DNA of 62,538 nucleotides, filler included, from Nemertoderma westbladi (lineage: Eukaryota; Animalia; Xenacoelomorpha), in assembly GCA_032718475.1 (NCBI GenBank). It is 3 parts of 3 records of this genome, joined end to end, with 100 filler letters (N's around TTAATTAATTAA, not from the genome) between each part and the next. Parts side by side here need not be neighbours in the genome. Positions count along the whole stretch, not along the records: positions 22,062 to 47,681 come from JAUCBJ010002911.1; positions 47,782 to 62,538 come from JAUCBJ010008491.1; 1 more part is not named here. One strand, given 5' to 3'. Each line of letters opens with the position of its first letter. The first letter of the stretch is position 1. Below, in pieces: positions 39,191-51,270 of this stretch. The notes below the pieces were generated by a model. That model ran no database searches, was not told the origin of the DNA, and saw nothing but the letters and a program-made list of their open reading frames with translations. A program made the position numbers and the translations under genes.

Positions 39191-40224
39191 CTGTTATTCA
39201 CATTGTTTTGTGACCAGTTTTTGATAATGGTCAACCATTTTTTTTACTGTGGTTGAGTGTTGTCCATTTTAAGGTGTTGTCACAAATTCCACCTTTCTTG
39301 TATAAAGGCGAATATTCGCAGCGTGAATTGAAACGAAGCCGGTAGGTAGTAGGTGGTCCGCGTTTATATAAATCATATACTCGAAGTGGGGCATTCGCGC
39401 AGCACGTGACATAAACTTATGTTAAGTGTTAACTCGCAAGAATTATAAGCAAAATATAAGCAGAGGTACCCTAATCACTTTACCACCTAAGAGGCAGACT
39501 GGATAACTGCAGTCGAATCACAACATGCAGACATCACAAAACTCATTATGATGTCTAGATTGTATGTGCCAGGAATCAATCAGGAAGAACGGATTATAAA
39601 CAATATTACTAAGCGACAGAAGGTTTTAATTTTAGATATTTCTAAAATATTTTCTACTACACTGTTCAGCTACAAATTACACTGTATAGTATACCAGCTA
39701 TATTTTAAAATAATCTTTATATAAAAACATATATAACAAGAACAGCAGTTAGTCAGTTTATAAAATAAAAGACAAAAAATGAACTAAAATGCAGGTATAT
39801 GGGGCGAGCTACGATGCTACGAAGTAAGAGAGCGTTAGCTTATGGGTACCATTAACCAGTTGTCGGTCGTCGTAAATTATTGATCGTTAATAACTCTGAA
39901 TAATGGGTCTGTAGCAGTTGGCTTTTAAGTGAACTTTTAACTTTACCTATTAGGTGGGATATAATGGTATTGCCCAGGCAGCTTGGAACCTCTCCTAAAC
40001 GTATGCAGATATTGAGTGAGTATGTTTGAAATAGCCATGCAGGGTTGTTTCTGGATTAGAGTGTAGTATGTGTTCTATTAATTGATGGACTTTTAAGTCT
40101 GTAGTAACTTTAGTACATTTAATAAGTAATTATTATGTTGCTATGCAATAAGCAAAATGTATATATAAATAAACAATTTATATCTAAAATGATTAGAGCA
40201 AGCGAAGCCCAAGTTTATATAATA

Positions 40225-41930
40225 TTATGTATAAAATCGATTAATATTATAGTTAAAAAAGTTAAAATCACTATCACCTCTATCATAATCTTTGACATAG
40301 AATTGTTGCAACTTACTGCATCTTCTCCACACGAAGTCACAAAATTGCTCAATGAAATGCACATCTTCGTTATAGCTGTTCTCATCCGTGACACGACAAC
40401 TTATTACTCCTTTCATATTACCGGCATTGAAAATGTTCTCGAAATCAACAAATGATTGCTCTTCCAGACGGTGGGGTCCAACTAAACCAAATTCAACTAT
40501 AAGTGTAGTCAGAGAGAATAGAGATCGCAATGCCATTACCACACTTCCGTAGCTACATCTCTTCATAACCAGTGTCGAAACTGACTCTGTTAATGGGGTG
40601 CTCTCGACTCTTAATCCGCAATGATGTAGAGCCAATGATTGTAGATTCGGAAACAGTTTAACAGATCTACCAATGACAGGAGACTTCCATGAAGCTGCAA
40701 TTTCAAATACATTATTCCGGATAAAACAACGCCGTTTTGGGCGGCTGTGGTAATGATGTTATGAACAACGTACGAAAACTTATCACAAAGAGTCAACGAA
40801 GATAGTTTCTGGAATTTATTCATTACATTGAATAAACTTTGATCACGTAGCAGATCTGCTTTCGACGGATGGTTCCGCCAATTTAACTTGAGGCTTTCCA
40901 ATGAATCTTTGGAAATAGGAATAACAAACTCATTAAGGGTATCAACCATAGACACACTGGTGTGGAGACCGCGAAGAATATATCGGTTGTAAAGATTGAA
41001 ATTGGCGAAGTTTAATCCGATTTTATGAAGGTCGCATTCCGTCAGGTTGAATTGTTGGTCCCTAGTTAATATGTTGAGTAATTCCATAGACATGTTTGTG
41101 ACTATGGAAACATTGGGATATTTTAAAAGGAAGTTATCAAATCTTTTAATCATTTCCCCTGTAGAAAAGTTGGGAATGTTAATGCTTATTCTTTCCAGCT
41201 TTTTCATTTCGGGCAGGAAATTGGTAGAAAATAAGCTGTAATCAGTAGAACAATAACTCGCGACGTGGAGATTTACCAGATTAGGGCAACAGCGAGCAAT
41301 ACCTTTTACAGTACTGGAACTGAGACTCGTACCAGAGATGCTTAAGGAAGTGAGTTGAGGGAACACAACGGATTGCGCTAAAACTTCATTCAAGTCTGTA
41401 AAACCGGATGTATCGAGAGTCTCCAATGCAGCGGCCATCTTAGGAAGCCAACTTACTAAAACCGGGATGATATCAGAAGGGAACTCGTCTAGAAAGAAGT
41501 CATCAATAATAACGTTGACAGGCCACTGAGGCAGCATACAATCCCAAGGGAAGATACATGAATACGTTTCCATAATACCTTTCAAGGTTGGTGTGTCTGT
41601 ATGCTCCATTTTAGATTCATTACTTATCGATAATTCGTTATGTAACAACTTCAGCTGGTTGAATGCGATGATGTAGGAATGAAGATAGAACTTCCATAGA
41701 TTGTTGCGGAGTTTGGGAGCCAACCTTTTCAGCCACTGTGAGACAGATGTCCAATGGTCACTCTCTGCACTATCAGAATAATTGTTGTCCCATTTCTTTC
41801 GTTCAGCTGTTACAATACTGTTAACCAACAATCGAGTCAGATTGACAATACCGATTTCTTGGAGCGACAATAATCGACAGTTCTCTCGGAGTATAACGGG
41901 TCCTTCCCCTAAACATTTACTGGAGTACAT
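40225..41930 (-). CDS. Intronless leucine-rich-repeat protein with one apparent 1-nt frameshift near 40651-40653 (sequencing error or young pseudogene)
   Basis: The 439-aa ORF has LRRs (LETLDTSG, FPQLTSLSISGT, CCPNLVNLHVA, FQKLSSLTL). The next frame continues as FPNLQSLALHHCGL..LFSLTTLIV..CSKLQQFYV to the stop at 40225. The N-terminal LLSLQEIG is BC-box-like (inference). Confidence 0.75.
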
Positions 41931-44599
41931 CGTTAGATAATTATGCAGCTTCTGGGGGTAGATTTAACGCAGAAGTAGGCCTACTTACCGCTACGTACGT
42001 GTACATAGGTTTTTAAATAATTTTTTAATTATAGGTACAGGTAGTTTGATTTATTTATCTGTTTATCGTATCTTTACCATATAATAAGTGTTGACATCGC
42101 CTGGAGTGGAGTTTGGAACTGGTTTATTCCCAAACCCCGTACATCCATACGGTCTCAGCACTTATCCTTATACCTTATCTACTGTTACTGTTCCTACTGT
42201 TACTGCTACTGTTATTGTTCCACAGTTTGGTGTAGTATGATATGATAGTACAGTACAGATGTAATCTATCTAACTTAGGCGATGCTTTGAAGACGACACC
42301 GATGAAGCACATCTCTGCGCCAGCCCCTCCAGCGTATGCAATCCGACATAGCACATCCATTTTAGCACCAGTCGAAATGCTGCGCCGAACGTGTTCGGCG
42401 ACCTTATATAACTTTCAAAAGGACAGACCTTACCTTACTACAGCTTGACAACGCATTCAGATCTGAATCATTCTAAAATCTAACGGCAGCCAAGCCAAGT
42501 ACAACTGTAGTACAATCGCAGTCGTCCTACCTCTGACAACGTATTCCAGTAATAATGCTCAACTAGCCATTCATTAAATGAATCTAATATATAAATAACG
42601 TCGTGAAAATAATGTTCCATTTAAAAATAAAATTACTGTACGTATTACATGTTAAATAACGTGGAACATATTTTCACTGTGATCTCGATTCTTTATTAAC
42701 CTCGCTCTGCGCTCGGTAAATAAAATACCGAGTATAGCAGTCAAAATAATATTCTACATTATACTACCATGCAATAAATAATTACTACTTTTACCGCATT
42801 GTAAAGGATAATGACACTAAATATACTGTTGCTAGGTAATCGAATCCCCACAAAAGAGTTGGCAAGGGTTATCCAATATCCATCACTATCGATGGGAGAA
42901 CTGAAGTCGACTGAAAAGTGAAATCCTGGTATTCTTCAAATGGGCGCTTTGGTGTGGATGAGCTATAACATCATGAACATGAAAAATTACCCCCAGATCG
43001 CACGTATCCCCTGGGTGAACATTTCAAAGAACACATTTAGGACTTCGGCTGTAATAATATCACCTATTAAATTACTAACGTATTCCAGTAAATAATAATA
43101 TTACAAATACTAGAGTATGTAAGAGAATGTGCAACACGGTAGAACTCCAACTCGCGGGATGTTGCATTGATAACAGATAGAATTAATACACATTCGTTCA
43201 CGTTCGTTAATGTTCTACACCTGGTAAATATAATAGCCAAAGCGATGTTGTCAATAACAACCTCAATAATATCAAACAATAACTGGAAAACAAGCAGCGC
43301 TTTATTTCCCCAGAATTTCCCCATTATTTGAGTAAGTAACGATAATTGTACAAAGGGGCCATAAATAAGGGATATAAATCTAATTATCTTAGGCCGATAT
43401 GTAAATGTCAATATCCCTCCTCCATATCGGTTAAATCCGAAATAAGTTTAATTTTAAATAAAAGCACTCACGAGTGTTGGAATACTTTAATATTAATTAA
43501 ATATTTTTATAAGGTACCTTTTTGGGCTGGTGGACTCTTCTATCGGGAATACACTTTTTAGATTTAGCTCTTTGGGGCATCTTTCTTTGCCATTTATTCA
43601 ATTGTTTTATATTTAAAATGTATAATTAATCTGTTTTTATCTTTAATTTAACAAGATTTTAATATAGCCGCTGGAGGCGTAAGTCCGATGATAAATTAAA
43701 ATTAAAAAAATATGAAATTACCAAAAAATACCAAAGTCAGCAGTTTATGTGAAACTTTAGCAAGTTTATAATAAATTAATGTTCCTAAACGACATGAAAG
43801 TGTGATCACACTCAGCCTTATGTTGTAACTTGTAATTGCCGTCAGACATGAGACCTGTTCGAAATCTTGAGCACGACAACCCGAACGGAACTGTTAGTAC
43901 ATTCCCTGTAAGCCCGTATCATTGTCAGGAATAATAATATTGCGATAATCAATCGACTGATAACACAGGATTCAAGGGGCCTATTTTGCCACCAGACGCC
44001 CCACCGCAGCGCAAGTTTGATTTATGTTTTGATGTTACTAGCTAAATTTGAGTTACGATTCTAAAGTTGCACAAATTGTTTGTTAGTAAACGTCATTGAA
44101 GTTAAAAGCGCGAACAGAAGGGTAGCACGAACTTAGTTCCTATTGAAACGAATTTAGTTCCAAAATAAATTTTATAAAGCGAACTTGGTTCTAATCGGGG
44201 CGAACTTAGTTATAATCCCAGAATATCAAAACGAATTTGGTTCCAGTGGTGGCGAATTTGGTTCCAATGTTTCAATCTGGGGCGAGCCACGAAGTAGGCT
44301 ACGCCTTTGAAGAAATATAGTATCAATATTCAGTATGTCTTTATCTTTCACTAAATTTCGGTTCATTAGATCATGAAAATTCTGGTCGATCCTCCACTGT
44401 AACTATACGTTAGTTACCTTTACCTTATATGGGATGGTAAACAGTTTAAAGCAATTGGATAACTCAACTCGCATATGGCATACTTTATATTATACTAATA
44501 TTAATGATATTTACTATCTTGTATGACAACCTCGTACTAAACTCCTGTCTGTCTTACTATCTGCAAATAGTAAGTGAAAGCCAAACAGACAATAATTAC

Positions 44600-44716
44600 C
44601 TCATCTTCATTCTTCCTCCTGATTATCTCCTGTTGCCATAGGAACTGTTGCTGAGCAACGCGTTCTCTTTCCAACCATTGCTGGTGTTGGCGCCTACTTT
44701 CTATTTCTTCCGACAT
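44600..44716 (-). CDS. ZRSR2: ZRSR2-like, exon B
   Basis: catttag|ATG..GAG|gtaatt, 117 bp. MSEEIESRRQHQQWLERERVAQQQFLWQQEIIRRKNEDE resembles ERQRLHEEWLLREQKAQEEF. Confidence 0.88.
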
Positions 44717-44773
44717 CTAAATGAGTAAAGAATGGACACAACCTAGTAATAGTATGTATGAGCTAATACACTT

Positions 44774-46088
44774 AGTTCCAAAACGTTTTTCTTGAATTCC
44801 AAAACGTACCTGGTTAAGTTCCAAAACGTTTTTCTTGAGTTCCAAAACGTACCTGGTTAAGTTCCAAAACGTTTTTCTTGAGTTCCAAAACGTACCTGGT
44901 TAAGTTCCAAAACGTTTTTCTTGAATTCCAAAACGTACCTGGTTAAGTTCCAAAACGTTTTTCTTGAGTTCCAAAACGTACCTGGTTAAGTTCCAAAACG
45001 TTTTTCTTGAGTTCCAAAACGTACCTGGTTGAGTTCCAAAACGTACCTGTTTAAGTCCCAAAACGTACCGGTACCTGGTTAAATTCCAAAACGTACCTTG
45101 TTAAGTCCCAAAACGTACCTGGTTAAGTTCCAAAACGTACCTGGTTAAGTTCCAAAACGTACCGGTACCTGGTTAAATTCCAAAACGTACCTTGTTAAGT
45201 CCCAAAACGTACCTGGTTAAGTTCCAAAACGTACCGGGTTGAGTTCCAAAACGTACCTGTTTAAGTCCCAAAACGTACCGGTACCTGGTTAAATTCCAAA
45301 ACGTACCTTGTTAAGTCCCAAAACGTACCTGGTTAAGTTCCAAAACGTACCTGGTTAAGTTCCAAAACGTACCTGGTCAAGTTCCAAGACGTACCTGGTT
45401 AAGTTCCAAAACGTTTTTCTTAAGTTCCAAAACGTACCTGGTTGAGTTCCAAAACGTACCTGGTTAAGTCCCAAAACGTACCTGGTTAAGTTCCAAAACG
45501 TACCTGTTTAAGTCCCAAAACGTACCGGTACCTGATTAAATTCCAAAACGTACCTTGTTAAGTCCCAAAACGTACCTGGTCAAGTTCCAAAACGTACCTG
45601 GTTAAGTTCCAAAACGTACCTGTTAAGTTCCAAAACGTACCTTGTTAAGTCCCAAAACGTACCTGGTTAAGTCCCAAAACGTACCTGGTTAAGTTCCAAA
45701 ACGTACCTGGTTAAGTTCCAAAACGTACCTGGTTAAGTTCCAAAACGTACCTGGTTAAGTTCCAAGACGTACCTGGTCAAGTCCCAAAACGTACCTGGTT
45801 AAGTTCCAAAACGTACCTGGTTAAGTTCCAAAACGTACCTGGTTGAGTTCCAAAACGTACCTGGTTAAGTCCCAAAACGTACCTGGTTGAGTTCCAAAAC
45901 GTACCTGTTTAAGTCCCAAAACGTACCTGGTTAAGTCCCAAAACGTACCTGGTTAATTTCCAAAACGTACCTGGTTAGGTTTCAAAAACTACCTGGTTAG
46001 GTTCCAAAACGTACCTGGTTAAGTTCCAAAACGTACCTGGTTAAGTTCCAAAACGTACCTGGTTAAGTTCCAAAACGTACCTGGTTAA
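44774..46088 (-). repeat. 22-bp tandem array made of the ZRSR2 exon A splice-donor junction, ~60 units
   Basis: Minus-strand unit TTAACCAG|GTACGTTTTGGAAC: the last 8 exon nt plus the first 14 intron nt. The first unit is the real donor at 46081/46080. Confidence 0.93.
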
Positions 46089-46201
46089 TGTCCGACTCTT
46101 TGTGTCCCGGTAACTGAGGTACAAGGTATCTTCTCTGCGCTAGCCTTTGTCGTATTAATTTACGGCGCATTTTCTTCCAATGTTTTTTGTACTCTTTTCG
46201 A
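46081..46201 (-). CDS. ZRSR2: ZRSR2-like, exon A (first coding exon not located)
   Basis: ttttttttag|T CGA..CAG|gtacgt, 121 bp. RKEYKKHWKKMRRKLIRQRLAQRR.. resembles HKKYRAALKKEKRKKRRQELARLR. Confidence 0.85.
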
Positions 46202-47681
46202 CTAAAAAAAAACGTAAAAAAAAGCGTTAGAAAATTTCGACGAATTACATATGGTAAATAATTATGTGGTAATATTATTTAGTGCTACAAAACATCGCCT
46301 GAGTTTATTTTCACAATGCTCGGGAATAACATAACGTTCTCATAATGATTATGGATGGGCTAATGTTTATCAATGGGCCAAAAATGGTTCCTTAGTGGCC
46401 AAAAATGACATCCATTTTCGCACCACAGTTTTCGAACAATGGGGTTTGTGCGCGAAAAAAATGTTGGGTTAGAAACAATTAAATAAGGGGTAACACGGTG
46501 CCCTGAATCAAGAGGCGGGGTCTGTTTTTTGTAAAAACACGAGGACACGGTCTAAATGGCGGGTTTAAGTAAGCCCGGGAAACCTATTTTGAAAATCGAC
46601 TGTGATTGGATGCTACATATTTAACGTCACTACGCAGTGGTCCGATAATTTTATATATTGGTTTCTATGGACGGTGATTTTAGATCCATTCAATTACAAA
46701 TTTAATCTCAATTATTTCACACGTGGTTTATATCAATTGAAAGCTGAGAGTGTTGTGCGTCTTTTACCACTACAAATTAATTAAATTCATGATGAGGAAC
46801 ATTGATAAAATGCTGTGTGCAAATTTAATTATTTATTACAAATAATATTATTTAAATAAATTATGTTTACGTTTTCATAAATTCTGGCCCAAATTATGTG
46901 CGGCTATTTCATTTTAAATGCGTCGATTTTGCCCTGCAACAAATAATTATTATTAATAATTAAATAATTCAATATAATTAATAATTTTTTAATAATAAAC
47001 ATTAATAATTTAATAATTCAAATTTAATTGCGTCAACCGTAATTTCTAACAAGACGTGATAAAGACAATGATATATTATTATCGATACATTTTTTTTATC
47101 GAAATTGCAAATTGTCCCGTTCACGGCCGAATATCACGGTAACAAGCAACCATGTTACTGGTAAACCTATAAAGCCTTCCAATCTTGCCTATGCTTAATA
47201 ACCATAATAACGAACCTGCCTATTAATAGGCCAGGGTAGTTATTGTCAAGAGTTGAGCTGTTCAAAAACACGATGTGGTTATGTGTGTGTGTATGTATAT
47301 ATGTATAACCATCCAATATCTCAAAAACTCAAGCAGGTACGCAAAAATTTTAATAACAAACTCTACATAAATTTTGGTTGCGCACAAGACTGTATATTTT
47401 TTATGACGTTTCGATCACAGGGTCACTGAAAAATAGCGGCTTTGAAAATTTAAAGTCAAATTTCACCGATTTCAACTCGTCGAGTATGCACCAACTTTTC
47501 TATTTGGGCTATTCAGTCATTTGAGCAACATATTTGAGCCTCAGAATCTTGTCAAATATCGCCAATCTCGCACAGAACGTCGCCAAAATTTGTTAGTCCG
47601 GCAAAAAAACGCACAAATTCGTCTAAAAGAGTAAATTATTGGTTGCAGAATAATATGATTCAACTAGAAAAGCCAGTAAGC

Positions 47682-47781
47682 NNNNNNNNNNNNNNNNNNN
47701 NNNNNNNNNNNNNNNNNNNNNNNNNTTAATTAATTAANNNNNNNNNNNNNNNNNNNNNNNNNNNNNNNNNNNNNNNNNNNN
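47682..47781. other. Assembly gap with artificial all-frame stop linker
   Basis: 44 N + TTAATTAATTAA (47726-47737) + 44 N. Confidence 0.98.
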
Positions 47782-50700
47782 GAATATAATACGTCGTAGT
47801 GTGTTTTTAGGCTATAAGCGGCGTTTTTTCATGTTACTTCCTACAGAACCAGTTAAAAGGTTATAACTTTCGAGGAGACAGTGCCAGTGACTTGAGAAAG
47901 TGTGAGACAATTGGGGTTACTATTCCCAATTTGTACACAGTGTTACAACTCAGAAAACACAGGGCTTCCAGAGTTATTTAACTATATTCGAATATATTAC
48001 GTCGTAGTGTGTTTTTAGGCTATAAGCGGCGTTTTTTCATGTTACTTCCTACAGAACCAGTTAAAAGGTTATAACTTTCGACGAGACAGTGCCAGTGACT
48101 TGAGAAAGTGTGAGACAATTGGGGTTACTATTCCCAATTTGTACACAGTGTTACAACTCAGAAAACACAGGGCTTCCAGAGTTATTTAACTATATTCGAA
48201 TATATTACGTCGTAGTGTGTTTTTAGGCTATAAGCGGCGTTTTTTCATGTCACTTCCTACAGAACCAGTTAAAAGGTTATAACTTTCGACGAGACAGTGC
48301 CAGTGACTTGAGAAAGTGTGAGACAATTGGGGTTACTATTCCCAATTTGTACACAGTGTTACAACTCAGAAAACACAGGGCTTCCAGAGTTATTTAACTA
48401 TATTCGAATATATTACGTCGTAGTGTGTTTTTAGGCTATAAGCGGCGTTTTTTCATGTTACTTCCTACAGAACCAGTTAAAAGGTTATAACTTTCGACGA
48501 GACAGTGCCAGTGACTTGAGAAAGTGTGAGACAATTGGGGTTACTATTCCCAATTTGTACACAGTGTTACAACTCAGAAAACACAGGGCTTCCAGAGTTA
48601 TTTAACTATATTCGAATACATTACGTCGTAGTGTGTTTTTAGGCTATAAGCGGCGTTTTTTCATGTTACTTCCTACAGAACCAGTTAAAAGGTTATAACT
48701 TTCGACGAGACAGTGCCAGTGACTTGAGAAAGTGTGAGATAATTGGGGTTACTATTCCCAATTTGTACACAGTGTTACAACTCAGAAAACACAGGGCTTC
48801 CAGAGTTATTTAACTATATTCGAATATAATACGTCGTAGTGTTTTTAGGCTATAAGCGGCGTTTTTTCATGTTACTACCTACAGAACCAGTTAAAAGGTT
48901 ATAACTTTCGACGAGACAGTGCCAGTGACTTGAGAAAGTGTGAGACAATTGGGGTTACTATTCCCAATTTGTACACAGTGTTACAACTCAGAAAACACAG
49001 GGCTTCCAGAGTTATTTAACTATATTCGAATATATTACGTCGTAGTGTGTTTTTAGGCTATAAGCGGCGTTTTTTCATGTTACTTCCTACAGAACCAGTT
49101 AAAAGGTTATAACTTTCGAGGAGACAGTGCCAGTGACTTGAGAAAGTGTGAGACAATTGGGGTTACTATTCCCAATTTGTACACAGTGTTACAACTCAGA
49201 AAACACAGGGCTTCCAGAGTTATTTAACTATATTCGAATATATTACGTCGTAGTGTGTTTTTAGGCTATAAGCGGCGTTTTTTCATGTTACTTCCTACAG
49301 AACCAGTTAAAAGGTTATAACTTTCGACGAGACAGTGCCAGTGACTTGAGAAAGTGTGAGACAATTGGGGTTACTATTCCCAATTTGTACACAGTGTTAC
49401 AACTCAGAAAACACAGGGCTTCCAGAGTTATTTAACTATATTCGAATATATTACGTCGTAGTGTGTTTTTAGGCTATAAGCGGCGTTTTTTCATGTTACT
49501 TCCTACAGAACCAGTTAAAAGGTTATAACTTTCGACGAGACAGTGCCAGTGACTTGAGAAAGTGTGAGACAATTGGGGTTACTATTCCCAATTTGTACAC
49601 AGTGTTACAACTCAGAAAACACAGGGCTTCCAGAGTTATTTAACTATATTCGAATACAATACGTCGTAGTGTGTTTTTAGGCTATAAGCGGCGTTTTTTC
49701 ATGTTACTTCCTACAGAACCAGTTAAAAGGTTATAACTTTCGACGAGACAGTGCCAGTGACTTGAGAAAGTGTGAGATAATTGGGGTTACTATTCCCAAT
49801 TTGTACACAGTGTTACAACTCAGAAAACACAGGGCTTCCAGAGTTATTTAACTATATTCGAATATAATACGTCGTAGTGTGTTTTTAGGCTATAAGCGGC
49901 GTTTTTTCATGTTACTTCCTACAGAACCAGTTAAAAGGTTATAACTTTCGAGGAGACAGTGCCAGTGACTTGAGAAAGTGTGAGACAATTGGGGTTACTA
50001 TTCCCAATTTGTACACAGTGTTACAACTCAGAAAACACAGGGCTTCCAGAGTTATTTAACTATATTCGAATATATTACGTCGTAGTGTGTTTTTAGGCTA
50101 TAAGCGGCGTTTTTTCATGTTACTTCCTACAGAACCAGTTAAAAGGTTATAACTTTCGAGGAGACAGTGCCAGTGACTTGAGAAAGTGTGAGACAATTGG
50201 GGTTACTATTCCCAATTTGTACACAGTGTTACAACTCAGAAAACACAGGGCTTCCAGAGTTATTTAACTATATTCGAATATAATACGTCGTAGTGTGTTT
50301 TTAGGCTATAAGCGGCGTTTTTTCATGTTACTTCCTACAGAACCAGTTAAAAGGTTATAACTTTCGAGGAGACAGTGCCAGTGACTTGAGAAAGTGTGAG
50401 ACAATTGGGGTTACTATTCCCAATTTGTACACAGTGTTACAACTCAGAAAACACAGGGCTTCCAGAGTTATTTAACTATATTCGAATATATTACGTCGTA
50501 GTGTGTTTTTAGGCTATAAGCGGCGTTTTTTCATGTTACTTCCTACAGAACCAGTTAAAAGGTTATAACTTTCGAGGAGACAGTGCCAGTGACTTGAGAA
50601 AGTGTGAGACAATTGGGGTTACTATTCCCAATTTGTACACAGTGTTACAACTCAGAAAACACAGGGCTTCCAGAGTTATTTAACTATATTCGAATATAAT

Positions 50701-51159
50701 ACGTCGTAGTGTGTTTTTAGGCTATAAGCGGCGTTTTTTCATGTTACTTCCTACAGAACCAGTTAAAAGGTTATAACTTTCGAGGAGACAGTGCCAGTGA
50801 CTTGAGAAAGTGTGAGACAATTGGGGTTACTATTCCCAATTTGTACACAGTGTTACAACTCAGAAAACACAGGGCTTCCAGAGTTATTTAACTATATTCG
50901 AATATATTACGTCGTAGTGTGTTTTTAGGCTATAAGCGGCGTTTTTTCATGTTACTTCCTACAGAACCAGTTAAAAGGTTATAACTTTCGACGAGACAGT
51001 GCCAGTGACTTGAGAAAGTGTGAGACAATTGGGGTTACTATTCCCAATTTGTACACAGTGTTACAACTCAGAAAACACAGGGCTTCCAGAGTTATTTAAC
51101 TATATTCGAATATATTACGTCGTAGTGTGTTTTTAGGCTATAAGCGGCGTTTTTTCATG
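47782..51159. repeat. 208-bp satellite, ~16 near-identical copies, truncated by the gap
   Basis: Period measured from 47782 to 47990. Internal inverted repeats aaaggttataacttt and aattggg..cccaatt. Confidence 0.95.
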
Positions 51160-51270
51160 ATCTAGCTAATGTCATGGGTGAAAGGGAGTTGTGGCGGTGC
51201 AATTTTGTTGACAAGCCGGCACAGCATTCTTAAAAATGCAGCTGCAATGCAGCATGCCGATCCTAGTAGT
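51158..51270 (+). mobile_element. RTE LINE 3'-end fragment
   Basis: Nearly identical to 60058-60170 (gatctagc..ttcttaaaaatgcagctgcaatgcagcatgccgatcctagtagt). Confidence 0.9.

Noticed and set aside
38133-39256. Repetitive ORFs in three frames
   Set aside because: By-product of the ~21-bp minisatellite.
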